A stretch of 64,000 nt of DNA from Phallusia mammillata (taxonomy: Eukaryota). Positions within the stretch are counted from its first letter, which is position 1. Each line of letters begins with the position of its first letter. Where the stretch lies: the NCBI GenBank assembly GCA_965637545.1, contig OZ281498.1:3844001-3908000 (forward strand), in the 5' to 3' direction. Position numbers and translations under genes: made by a program. The notes under the pieces are model-generated. The model did no database searches, was not told the origin of the DNA, and saw only the letters and a list, made by a program, of their open reading frames with translations. Below, in pieces: positions 12,686-36,324 of this stretch.

Positions 12686-14287
12686 ATGAATGTTGTTACG
12701 ATGGATCCAGTTCTATTTGAAAAGGCACAGTTGGTTGGAACAAGAAAAAAAGACAAAAAATTTAACCTTGCACCTCTGCAAGCACCTATGCATGTTGAAG
12801 ATGGGTTAACTATGATTATCCAGTTTGAAGATTTGGTTTCGAAGAAGTCTGCTGGACCAAAGTTTAGCACCAAAAGTTGCAGCTTCGAAACATTTAGAAA
12901 AAAATTTGAGGCTCTCAATGATGAGGAAATAACACAGGCCTGCTCCATTCAAGATAAATACCTGTTTGCATGTCTGGCACAGTTTGTTCCATGTGTAGGA
13001 TGCAGAAGAGGTGTGGAGCAGCTCTTCCAACAAGTGCAGAACCTAAATAATTCTGTATTTGATTGCATAAAAATAAACTCATCAGGGACAATTGTGATAG
13101 ATCCCATGTATGCCAATAACCCCCAAAAGTTATTCTACTTGTTCAATGATGTTAAAAAACAGCTCTATGAAGTAGTAACATCATTTCAAAGCAACAAGCG
13201 CAACAAAAGGTGTATTTTTCATTCTTTAAAGCTACAAAAACCAAATGATCTACCCACTGGCAACAAGCAAAATCTTCCAAAGTGGTGCACTTCATCAATC
13301 CTTGATGTGTGGGATGGGATGTGTAATGAATGTCAGAAAGCAGTATCATGTTTAGATTTAAAGGGTATCATGGACACAATGGAACATTACCTTAAAAAGC
13401 ATCGGTTTTGTTGTGAATGCAAGTCCAATGTTATGAAGGCATTAAACATACTCACACATGAAATTGATGGAACTGTTGAACCTGGATATTGTTCAGCCAT
13501 CTATGAAGGCTTCCAGTTTTGTTCCCATTCCACATTAAAAAATGATAACCAGACAGCTGAAACTGTGAAACATGTCCATGTTTGCTGTGAGAGGTCTTTT
13601 ATTATACACAGCCTAACTCAAGCAGATGCAGAAATGGGTGGTGGCGACAGAGAGAGGCATGCAAAAACAATTGATATTGCCCAGGAGGAGGTCTGCACCT
13701 GTTTGGCATTGTATTTACATCAGAGACTACACCGTGTGTGGCATGTAAAACTGACAATGGAACAGTCCTGGCTTACATTGTTGTTTTTATCAATTGAAGC
13801 TGCACGACAGAACTTTGAAAGCATGTTTGAACTAAAGGCTGGCTATGGCCAGATGGAGGCCCTCTGCAAAGAGATAGAAGAAGCTGACAGAGAAAAAGAA
13901 AGTAAACTGCAGAAAAAGAGGCTCAAAAGACGACGCCAGCAAAAAAGAAGGAAAGGGCAGAAGTGTGATGCATTGGAAGAACTAGAGACAGAGGAAAACT
14001 TGCAAACAGCTGATGACATTGTTGACGTAAACTGTAGTACAGACAAATGCCCATCACATACAGAGTTTAGCTGCCTGTTAAACCTGTTCAAGCAAGATGA
14101 AAAATGTGACCACTCTTTGGATGGTGACTGTGAGGAAACAAGCCTTGCTGGTTTAACACAAGAGGAAATACTGGAATTTGAGCGCAATCGGTCAGAAATT
14201 AATGCACAGCGTACCAGATTAAGGGAACGCATAAGACAGGACTTTGAAAACTTTTGCAACGTGTCTATAACAAGTAGTTCTAGTTAG
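12686..14287 (+). CDS. GGNBP2: Gametogenetin-binding protein 2 (ZNF403); single-exon CDS
   Basis: Uninterrupted ORF with VPCVGCRRGVE, CIFHSL, HRFCCECKSNV and ERHAKTIDIAQEEV motifs and a basic KKRLKRRRQQKRRK stretch. ATG taken at 12686; the ORF track starts at a TTG at 12680. Confidence 0.92.
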   Translation: MNVVTMDPVLFEKAQLVGTRKKDKKFNLAPLQAPMHVEDGLTMIIQFEDLVSKKSAGPKFSTKSCSFETFRKKFEALNDEEITQACSIQDKYLFACLAQFVPCVGCRRGVEQLFQQVQNLNNSVFDCIKINSSGTIVIDPMYANNPQKLFYLFNDVKKQLYEVVTSFQSNKRNKRCIFHSLKLQKPNDLPTGNKQNLPKWCTSSILDVWDGMCNECQKAVSCLDLKGIMDTMEHYLKKHRFCCECKSNVMKALNILTHEIDGTVEPGYCSAIYEGFQFCSHSTLKNDNQTAETVKHVHVCCERSFIIHSLTQADAEMGGGDRERHAKTIDIAQEEVCTCLALYLHQRLHRVWHVKLTMEQSWLTLLFLSIEAARQNFESMFELKAGYGQMEALCKEIEEADREKESKLQKKRLKRRRQQKRRKGQKCDALEELETEENLQTADDIVDVNCSTDKCPSHTEFSCLLNLFKQDEKCDHSLDGDCEETSLAGLTQEEILEFERNRSEINAQRTRLRERIRQDFENFCNVSITSSSS

Positions 14288-14652
14288 ATTCAAAGTTTTG
14301 TTATTGTTAGTATGGCTTTTATATCGCTGTAGCATTTTGTTGACAATCTTATAACTGTTAACATGTCTTTTTCTGTATATTGGTTGAAGTTGAGTAAAAT
14401 GGCTGCCCTCAATGTTAGTTTTGCATGGGTGAAACATGATGGGGAAAGATATTTGTGTTCGGTGTGTTTAAAAATTATTCATAAAAGTAATATAAACTAT
14501 TTCATACAGAGAAATGTATTGTTAATAGCCAACTTGCTATAATTACACTTTTTGTCATGTAGGTTTTCTGTGTTTTGACTAGAATGTACAGGAATCTCTT
14601 TCGAATTATATCTTCTTTTGTTTTTCAAGTGTAACTGAAATAGGTTGTAGCT

Positions 14653-16331
14653 ATGCATAAACCTGCACGGCCGAAGTCAGCAAAAGGCCATTCCAGGACC
14701 ACACATCCCGTAGTGGACCGAGGTGAAAGAAAATCCAGCACTTCAACAACATCTGTGTAAGTTGATTTCTACCAAACAACCATAATTTTGATTTTTGAAC
14801 AGCAAGACATTTACTGTACACACCTAATTACTAAAACGGTACTTATTTTAATGGCTGATGTAAGTAGGGCACAAATCATAACACTTTCTTGTTGTGTTAA
14901 GATTCTCCAGAAGTGGGCCACAAGCTCAGCATAATGGTCCTGGCTCAACAAGTCTAGCATATCAACATTCAGAAACTGCTACCTCATTAAGAAATCCAGC
15001 TGCTTGCTCCAAAACAAATCAGAATTTTAACTTAAAAGGTTCCGCTGAAGCTAAAACCACCCAAAGCAGTTCTGCAAGACCAGGTAACTTAGACATAATT
15101 TGTGTTTATGTATTGGCATGGAACTTAGAATATGTCACTATGCGGGTTGATGGTTGTTTTTCTTTTTTATTCCTATCAGTTCAATTTTCACCCCTGCAAT
15201 AGGGCCAATTTTAAACAAGCAAGGTAAAGAATGCGCAACGGTAAGGAATGTAATTGTGGTGTTTCACTCTACAGGCCACGCTGCACCAAGCTTTCACATG
15301 TTTTTTCTTTACAGATAAATCCAGTTAGTTGTATAATGCGTTAAATTCAATAGGGATTGTCAAATCTGTTACTTTTTAAACACACTAACTGCATAATCCG
15401 GTTAATCAACTTCAAAGCTTGGCAAAATGGTTACGCAACCTACCAGGTTCATCTTATATTGCACAACGAAAACCATCGTATGTGTGGAAAGTTGGAACCT
15501 ATAAGTTTCTGCCTGCAGAAACAAGGTTTAATATAAACTGTTGGCAAACATTGAACCCACTGAAGTGTAGTGAATAAATACCTTTGTTCAAAATAGACCA
15601 CATTGTATTGTGATGTGGAAATATGTGCTATGTTACCCTTTGTTTTATTCAAATTGATTTTACTTGTAGATATATTAGCACAAGGTGAAATTCAGGAGGA
15701 AGTTAAGTTTCCAGCAATAGATCGACCAACTTCTTCTCTGTCCAAATATCATATACTTCCTGCAATCTCACCTCCTGCATTGAATTCACACACTGATGTA
15801 TCTCATACTGGTGGTTCTATGCAGCCTGGAAGTCCTGCTGAAAATGAAGTTGACCTTCTCACTGAAAAAGCCCAGCAGATGATATTGGACAGTGCACTGC
15901 AACGCATGGGGCCCAAAACAAAAACTCCACCCAATGGCGGTTACAAACGAAAAGTTTCTAAAGGGGTAGAATTTGACAGAAAAAGGGCAAAAGTATACCA
16001 GACAAAATCTGTTTTTGCCTCCAGTGGAGCTTCACGACCAGAGAAGCCAAGAGTGCCTCGTGAACCTGGTCCCAATGAAGAGAGTCTACTGATTGCATTA
16101 AAATTACCTGATGGGACCCGAAAAGAGAGAAGATTTCTTCCCAACACTACATTACAGGAAATACTGGTATATGCTCATACCCAATATCCAATTATACCTG
16201 TATCACAGTGCAATGTGTTTCGCATGGACACCATTCCCAAAAAACTGTTGTCAGAATTGGGGGCAACATTGCAAGGATTAAAGATACAACATAGAACTGT
16301 TTTGTACATAGAAGAAAATGAGGATTGGTAG
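14653..16331 (+). CDS. UBXN10: UBX domain protein 10-like
   Basis: Exons 14653-14756, about 14902/14911-15083, a possible micro-exon near 15203-15222, and 15670-16331. N-terminal MHKPARPKSAKG motif; C-terminal UBX LLIALKLPDGTRKERRF..HRTVLYIEE. Confidence 0.85.
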
Positions 16332-16555
16332 TTGCCTTACTAAATCTGTTTTCTTATCACACTGTGCATTATTACTGTTACTAGTGCTTCACTATCTACC
16401 AAACTGTGATTTTTATCTTGCAAATATAAAGTATATATTTTTATTCTTTCAAATTTTTGTACCAGTAAAATGCCTGTGTTTTTGTTATCATTGAGAAATC
16501 ACAAGAACAGAATAATCTTAATTTTATTATCAACCAAACACATAAAACACACAAG

Positions 16556-18321
16556 CTAACGTTCAGAGGGTCGTTCGGCAAAGTTATTTTGGTTTGCCCA
16601 AGCATCTAATTCATCACGCAAATCTCTACTAACAACAGGGTGGTCAAAGAATGGAATCATGCCTTCATCCTCCAATTTTTGAAGCTGGAAGACTTCTGTT
16701 GTAAATCGCCTAAATTCAGGATATTTTTTGTTTCAGTTACATCTCAATAGTTTATTTCATGCAAGTTTAACTGGAAAAAAATAATTTAAGTCAGTACAGT
16801 CTATGACAGCGGTTCTCAAACTGGGGTCCGCGGTCCTTTAGGGGTTCCTGAGGCAATTTTGGGGGGACCGCAAAGTAGTTCTATAACCTTATTTAGCGTC
16901 AGTTTGTGCCACTGAATTAAGTTTAAATCAAATTAGAATTCAGAATCGACTGTCTCTATTGCTAAACAATAGCCTTTATTGAATGACAACCATCAAAAAT
17001 GCAATTGTTTGTGCACAATCTTAATGCCTTTTGTCTTGTCTGTGATGTCACAAGCTGTCTTTGCATCATTATTATGCGCAAGTTTGCATTAACTAGCTAA
17101 AATCCTGTAATCAACTTTCGTTTTCTGAAATACACATTTAAGCTTAAGGACCGCGAGCCCTCGAATTAATGGCAAAGGGACCGTTTTGAAAAAATAATGA
17201 AAGAGTTTGAGAACCACATGAAAATCCTGCTTATTTTGTTTGTTTGTGCCAAAAATAGGACAAGCTTCTTTTTACAGCCACAAATAAAGAATCGGTAGTA
17301 CTAAATACTGCATGGTACCACATGCTATCAAAAGGTCGGCAGTTTTATAGGACATAAATATGCTTTTGTGAAAATAGTTTGTGGACTTTTCAAAGCGCTG
17401 ATGGTTAGAGCGATTCGGGTTGGCTGAGGTTTTGTAATTGAAATAACACTATAATCTGGTCTAATGTAGTCTTGTTTTTCCACATTTCACACAATGTGAT
17501 ATTCTAAGCAGTAGGACTGTTATAAGAAGTAGAAACTGTTACCGAAGAAGAACTGTTATAGTTTTGTAACCATGCACAAGACAGTTTATAATGATTGACT
17601 GCATTTTACAAACCCCAGTATTTATGTAGAAATTGTAACTTACACTTGTCTGCCGAACTGCATTGCAATCTCAAGTTGTTGTATCTGTTTGTAGTATGTT
17701 ACTTTTGGATCTTCAACAATATATTTTGCCAACCATCGCTGAATAGGATACTAAAACAAGAAGTCTCATAAGTAATTTGGAGTATAGAATTTAATGTGGC
17801 AACTAAACCTTATAAAATTCATCTTCTTCTGGTTCGTACAACTCTGGGTCATAGTCGTGTAGAACCGCATTCCCAACAAACAGGTTAGTGTAAGCCACAA
17901 TTAGGCTAGCTGGTACAGCTCCATACAGCCAATAGCGAAACTACATTTAAAACTTGTCATAAACATGAAACTTATAGAATCTTTTGAAAAGTATTGCAGT
18001 AAATTTTGTTACCAATAGTTTTATAACATCATAGGCATTGTCTTTTGTTCTGGTTCTTAACATTCGGGGAGCACCTCCACCCATCCGAACAATTGCTAGA
18101 ATTACCAGAAAATTTATTAATTTTTGTGCCAAATGGCTGCAAACATTTAATGCCATGTTTATGTATTATACACCATGGTGTATATCAAAATTGTTTTTAG
18201 TTAAATTACAATAATACTCACTTTTAACTGGAGTGCATTGCATGGATTTGAATAAAGGCGGAGAAACCCTGCATCTTGGTGTAATTGACTTGACAAAGCT
18301 TGCAGCTTTTGATAAAGCCAT
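16556..18321 (-). CDS. NDUFB5: NADH dehydrogenase 1 beta subcomplex subunit 5 (SGDH)
   Basis: Exons 18321-18222, 18095-18013, 17940-17809, 17750-17644, 16709-16556. Presequence, TM segment YWLYGAVPASLIVAYTNLFVGNAVL, then YEPEEDEFYKYPIQRWLAKY. Confidence 0.88.
16807..17217. mobile_element. hAT-type MITE in the last NDUFB5 intron
   Basis: CAGCGGTTCTCAAACT ... AGTTTGAGAACCAC terminal inverted repeat; right end clipped. Confidence 0.65.
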
Positions 18322-19016
18322 TTGTAATATTTGAGGAAGTGTACCAGATTACAGGGTAAATTATCAAATTAATAACATACTTACAGTCCTGCAAAAAAAA
18401 AAGAAAATGACCATGTGTATCTTTCCGTCCTATTCTGCGGATGAAATAAAAATAAACTTAACTCAACTCAATCGATTCTGCACTCGAGCAAAGCAGCTCG
18501 ACCTTCTTAGCCTTTATCAGTGTTTCCGAAATATTTTTCAGGTTGGCTACGCTGACTAACAAGGTAGAGCTAATAACACCACAACGAGAATCTACACCCA
18601 AATTTGATTGGACTGACAAAGCGTGAAAAAAATCAATACCGGTAAGTCCTCGCCCGTTTGGGGAATTGCAGAATTAGTTTGTGTTCATTCGAAAGTCCTA
18701 TGGGTTTCTGGCGTCGTTGTGAGCAAAGCGAGCCTAATAACTGAAACTGAAGTAATTATTACTGTACTCCTCGACAAAATATGTAAAATTTAGGGGACAT
18801 TGAAATTCCAAGGGGGACAGCATGATGTCATGTTGGTGATGCAGTCGAAAACACAGTAAGATTACGAGAAATATTTGTGACAGTCAAGTGCCAAGTATAG
18901 TAAAGTTTAATGCAAAACACCAATATAGGGCTTGGAAAGAGTGGACGCCAACGAGATTACTGCATCGACCAAACTCGCTTGATACGCTATAATTGTTTTT
19001 ACGATGTAGGTTACAG

Positions 19017-19143
19017 CAGTGGTCGGCAACCGCCGGTCCGCGATAAGTTCGTTACTAAGCCGTGTACTTTTTCGGGTTTAAATTCTTAAAAACATTTTGC
19101 CCATTTATTCCAGGGATAGTAAAAAAAAAGTTGCTGACCCCTG
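19017..19143. mobile_element. Short hAT-type MITE
   Basis: CAGTGGTCGGCAAC / GTTGCTGACCCCTG termini; no clear TSD. Confidence 0.5.
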
Positions 19144-19393
19144 ATGTCAGGACGTATGGATCCTACTTCAGTGACAACTTTTCGCAGTTTGTGGTGATTC
19201 TGCTCATCTATTTATGTTGTGGATAACTCTGTAGAAGTTCACGCGGGTTCTTCAAGGTACTGCTGATGCTACCCTCACGAAGTAAAAACGCAATATGGTA
19301 TCACTATGAGCCTCACTAAGTTCAAACTGCTGCCTTAAGTTTGCTTGGAGATAAACTCCAGAAAACACCTCTTGTATAATCCGTTTACTACAT

Positions 19394-20266
19394 CAGTGCT
19401 TCGCAACTGGTGTGGCGCGGCACACTGGTGTGGGTAGAGCTACTAACACTGAGCGTAGGCTGGCCCCCGACCTGGGAACTTCTGGTAGGTGGCGCAAAAG
19501 AGCATAGGCGTTTATGGTGCTGACTCAGCAATTATTCTTACCATAAACCCAAACTGCTGTAACAGCACCAAAAACGCCTATGCTCTGTTGCGCCACCTAC
19601 CAGAAGTTCCCAGGTCGGGGGCCAGCCTACGCTCAGTGTTAGTAGCTCTACCACTGGTGTGCCGCAAGACGATGCTGGGTGTGCCGCCGGCGTGGCCTGA
19701 AGAGGTTTTATGCGGCCCGCGAACTAACTTTTAAATTTTAGGTGTTTACCTCGGGTGGAATACCTTCAGACCACCGATTTTAAGAAACAATCATTCTTTA
19801 TTAGTAATGGCTAGAAATAAATGCGACGTTTTAATCGTATGATGGAAATAGTCCCTCCTGTTGAAAATCAGCAATGTCAATTGTTGCGTCATATTTTTTA
19901 ATTGTTTCGTCATTGTATGCCATTGTTTTCACACATAGTTTATTCCACTTGTATTTTTTAGTTTGCTACGCTGTATACCTGTTTCTTGTTTATTGCAGTA
20001 CAAATGTTTTATGCACATGAAATGGCATCACCGCACAACAATTTAAAGCACGTAATATGTTTGTTCAAATTACTTTTACGTTCCAATAGTACGGCCCTTT
20101 GCTGACGTAAAAAATGTTTTTGGCCCTCAAAAAGTTTAAGACCCTTGGCTTAATGCCATTTTTGGTCTTTCGAAAAATTTCAAATCGCATTTTTGGTTCG
20201 GGTGTGTCGCCGAACATTTAAAGCTTGTATGGTGCGACGTGTGTGAATAAAGGTGGCGGAGCACTG
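19394..20266. mobile_element. hAT-type MITE carrying a nested MULE-type MITE
   Basis: CAGTGCTTCGC / GCGGAGCACTG termini; 8-bp TSD TACTACAT / GACTACAT (7 of 8 match). Confidence 0.7.
19433..19652. mobile_element. Mutator-like foldback MITE (220 bp)
   Basis: Near-perfect TIR of about 80 bp starting GGTAGAGCTACTAACAC; exact 9-bp TSD ACTGGTGTG at 19424-19432 and 19653-19661. Confidence 0.85.
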
Positions 20267-21536
20267 GACTACATTGTTGATTTATTTGGTTATCAGCGAC
20301 AGAAATATTTCAAGAAGTCTTATTTAAATAGAATCTTATTCAAATGGAATCTTTTTCAAATAGAATGTAATTAACATCAATAACAATTAACAATAGGTAG
20401 GCTATTGCAATAAAGACAAAAGAAAAGAAACCGTTAAAACCTGTATTGAATCTCTAAACTAAAACCTAACTAAGCATCTGTCTATTCTAATAAATGTTAG
20501 CGCCAACGCCAGTGCCCGTACAGTAAAGGCACTGTTCTGTCTAAGTTTAATTAACACACAAACAAATTTGTCTTTCATTAACCACTATGAGTCGCTAGGG
20601 TTCCTGCGGGATTTCGGTTGCCGCTACAACACATTCTTTCATTCAGTGTTTTTTTTGCTGTATAAACCAAGTAAGGTAGGCTACTACTTCTTAACCACAA
20701 AACTACCTCCCAATTAGAATACCACCTGCTATAATTAAAATGATTTATTATACACAACCTTTTTCTACGATTGATTGAACACATTTTTTATTTTTTATTT
20801 TTCTGACACTTTGAAAGGCTATTTGCTTGCGTGTATTGTTTTTAATGTCTTTGTTAGTGTGAAAAAAAAATCATTACAGAATGAAGCGTGATATATGGAA
20901 CATCCAAAACCTTCTGAGGAACCGCGCTGGTGTTTCCGTTTTGCCGGGTTTCATTGGCCAGCAGAATCAGCGGGTTCAAACACCGTTCTGCAAACGGCTG
21001 TACCCCGCCAGGTTTGTGCAGCCGGTTGCGATCTTGCGGCAGCACACATCCAGAATACAAGCATTCAAGTAACAGGACAAATATGGTACAACATATGGTA
21101 TGCTGTGCGGAATTAACTGCTTAAGGTTGGTTTACTTGTCGAATACGTTTGCACAGATCTTAACCCCACATACCCGTCTTTTAGATGTGCCATTTTTAAC
21201 CATCTTACCCAAAACATTGGCAAAAAGTCGCGTTCGACAAAAGACATAAGGTAAAACGGAGAAAAACAACATGTTTCCTCTTCAGTTGAGTCCCATCAAT
21301 AAATATTTCATTACCATTCACAATGACAAAATGAAATAAGCCTTGAAATGTACAAAAAAAATACCAAATATACACAATACTCCTTACTACGCAAATTTGA
21401 CGTTAAACCCTATTTACTGTGTAAATGTACAGTTTAATAGATTTTCCCAAGTTCCGTAAACATATAATAATAAAAAAATTGCTTTGATTAAATATGGACA
21501 ACTAATACAAAACCATTACATTCAGGTCTATCGCGT

Positions 21537-33116
<11,580 letters not shown>

Positions 33117-33687
33117 TCTAAGTTGTTGCGAGAATTTGTTTTTCGGATTAAAGCAACTGTAAACAGAATGTAAAAAAATAATTGACTGTAAACGACTTAG
33201 AACCAGCAATTTATACTATCAATGTCGGTGTAATTTACCACCTGAAAGTAATTTCAGCAGCTTTTTAAAACCGACCGAATAAAGACAGAACAAAACGGAC
33301 AACGTGCATCTCTTGTTATTTTGTGTCCCCGTGGCGCTGATAGACTAGACTGCTTTAAAACAGCTGATTACTGAACGTGCAATTTCATCACCAAATACGT
33401 CATATATTGGTTCGCAGGCGGAAGAAATGTCTGTGATGTAACAAACTTTTCTTCGAACAGTAAGACAAGATTAACCCTGCATTTTGCTGTTGCAAATAAA
33501 TTGGGTCTATAGCTTACCTTCTTTTCTGAAAGAAAGAAATTTCATTCAAAACAAAATCTCACAGGGGGCGATTTCGCAAAAAAGTTTAATACCCCTGGTT
33601 TACACGACAAAACAAGGCTTTTTCAATGCGAATGACGTAGAAACGTGGTCCACGGAAGTCAGGAACTAAACCATGTTGCCTTATCAC

Positions 33688-34415
33688 TAGGGCAATTATT
33701 TTTTGACCTAAAAAACGAAAAATTTTGACCTACAAATTGAAAATTTTGACAAATTTTGACCTTAAAAAACTGTTTTTTGACAAAATTTTGACCTATGAAG
33801 AATTCAAGTAGTTAAATTACGCATTATCGTTCAAAAAGTTAAAATATGGCTAGGCTAATCTAACTAGAGCGAAAGAATGTGCAAAAGTCTAACAGAAGGG
33901 CAAAAATCTGAACACAGACCTAGCCTATTCTGAAAAGGGAATGAGCTAATTAAAAATCACTGCCAAAAAACTGCAGCTAAGACACAACGAAAATTATTCA
34001 ATACATTTGTATAAACGAAAGATACATGAAGTATCTAAAGCAAAACCGAAGCAAGAGCTGCACCTAACCTGCAGCTGCCGTAAAATGACTTGGGACCTAC
34101 CAAAATTTTGCATGTTTTGAGGTGTGTTGCGCATCATGCCATATCAACCTAATTGTTTCACTCACTTGATGGTTTATGATTCACAATAATTGGGGCAATG
34201 GGCCAATTACAACAGTATAAAGTAGGCTACAAGGCGTAAAACTAATAGTTTGCTGGCAGTGCAACCTCTACAACACCACGACAATGCAGTTTGTAAACAA
34301 TTTTAACTTTGTAAAAAAATTTGACTTTGTAAACAATTTTGACAATTTTTGACCTATTCTAAAAACTTTGACAAAATTTTGACTTTTTTTGACAAGTCAA
34401 AAAATATTTGCCCTA
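33688..34415. mobile_element. Non-autonomous hAT element with subterminal TTTTGAC repeats
   Basis: TIR TAGGGCAA(T/A)TATTTTTTGAC; exact 8-bp TSD CTTATCAC (33680-33687, 34416-34423). Confidence 0.85.
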
Positions 34416-34737
34416 CTTATCACATAAAAAAATGTTACGTACTCACACAACACATTATAGATTGACTTTAGATGACGTGTGCTGCTTTTGACCGAATTAC
34501 TAGACGTGTTTTTGTCCCTTTGCCGAAATAATGTGCTTTCTACGATTATGCGGAAACGATCGCCTTCTTTTGAGAAGACTTTTCTACATTTTACAGATAG
34601 TTGCACTGGTTTTACCAAATTCAAAGGTACAAGTACGTTCCAGATTGGGTAGCGCTCGTATATAATGTGTAATGTGTGAAAGCGAAACAAGTATGAATGA
34701 AAGCTAGTAACCGTTGCATTTGAAGGGTATGGCCAGT

Positions 34738-35071
34738 CAGACTTGGAACTAGAATTACCATGTTCTCAAAGACTAGAAATTAAACTAGAATTAGATAAGA
34801 CAACCAACCAACTTGATTTCAAATTTGAAATCCGTCATTTGCACGTTTTACACTGAGGTAGTGCTTAACGGCGGTTCGTGCTGGGCCAAATGTGTTTGAA
34901 AAACATTTATCAGTATACTGTTGGACAAACTAGCGTTTTTGACAAAACTGTAAATTAGATTAGAATTAAAATTAAAGCAAACTCGATATTTTTAAACTAG
35001 ATTAGAATTACCGCCATTTTAGTCTAATTTGCCGAATTAGTCAACTAGATTTATTTAGTTGTCCAAGTATG
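34738..35071. mobile_element. hAT-type MITE with subterminal ACTAGA(A)TTA repeats
   Basis: CA(G/T)ACTTGGA termini; TSD TGGCCAGT / TGGTCAGT. Confidence 0.6.
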
Positions 35072-36050
35072 TGGTCAGTCGCTATGCATAGCCTTATTCC
35101 AGTGTCTCCCGTGGCAAATTAATTGCCCAACCCTGCTCTCGATATCACACAAAACACCAACAATCGCCAGCAAACAGAATTTATTCAAAAAGCATGTTTA
35201 GGCTAATACGCCCGCTGTGTCTGGTGTTAGTTTGCAAGCCGAAAAAAACAGGGTTGTGTGTGACGTCATAATATCGCTACGTGATCATCTAAACTTAAGG
35301 ATTAGGTACGTTAACAAAGATATACGGAAGTGGAATTTATCTGCTTTCTCAATACTACGACGTACATCAAGAAAATACTTCAGTAACTGGAATAGTGGTT
35401 TTCCTATATATTGCCAGTTTATATATACTACATCATATTTAATGATGTATCACATATACCACTTACTATATTTATAATGGATATATATTTGGCATTGAGT
35501 CCCTATCTTTTTCCTGGAACTTTATAACATAATCGTTTCTGCAAGCATAATCTAATGGGTCCCCATACATATGCATATGCGATTTGGTAACAGTAAAAAT
35601 AGGACACAATCATTGTTAGATATTTACCAATTTACTATACACATCATTTGATCTACGTATGATTTAATGATTGTTTTTGCAAGCAAAAACGAATGGGTCC
35701 CCACGTTTGTGCGGATTTATGGTAAACAAACATCCTGGTTATTTTTAGTCTCTTAAGGAAAAACTTCACCAACTTTAGCCTTAACCCAACTTTAAAAGTT
35801 TTGTCCGTATTCTTTATGCATCATTTTTGTCATATAATTACAAAAAAAACAGTACATAAGAACAGGAAAAATACTTCAATTTAATCTCATGCTTTGACCT
35901 TGATATTGTCGTTCAAGGTCAGTTTTTAAACACAATTTTCCAAAACTGAAAATGAGCTTGATAACTTAATAAAACGACATAGCATGGCTGCGCAAAAACA
36001 GCTGATTTGTAATCACCAACACGACTGTCTCGTAAAACGTTCGTCCGGAC

Positions 36051-36152
36051 GTCAAGCTGAGCACTCCCGCTGCATTCACCCGCCTTAATCGTAAACAAGT
36101 GAATTCTGAGCACTCCCTTGTATTCACCCGCCTTAATTGTAAACAAGTGAAT
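36051..36152. repeat. Tandem duplication of about 49 bp
   Basis: GAGCACTCCC..ATTCACCCGCCTTAAT.GTAAACAAGTGAATT occurs twice in tandem. Confidence 0.75.
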
Positions 36153-36324
36153 TACTACCTTGAGATTTGAGACTTTTATCTGACTGACAGTGTACACATG
36201 TTATGGAGTGTAAAAGTAACTATTTGGCCGATTAAGGCAAATTTTTAAATACTAAACGAATAACCTACTGCAAACAATTGTTTAACATTTCAGCACATTG
36301 GGGCTTGTATTTCTGGCCTAAAAC

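Noticed and set aside
12673-14437. Antisense ORFs over GGNBP2, and the many 60-130 aa ORFs overlapping FAS exons
   Set aside because: They are shadow frames of real exons, or exon-plus-intron read-throughs.
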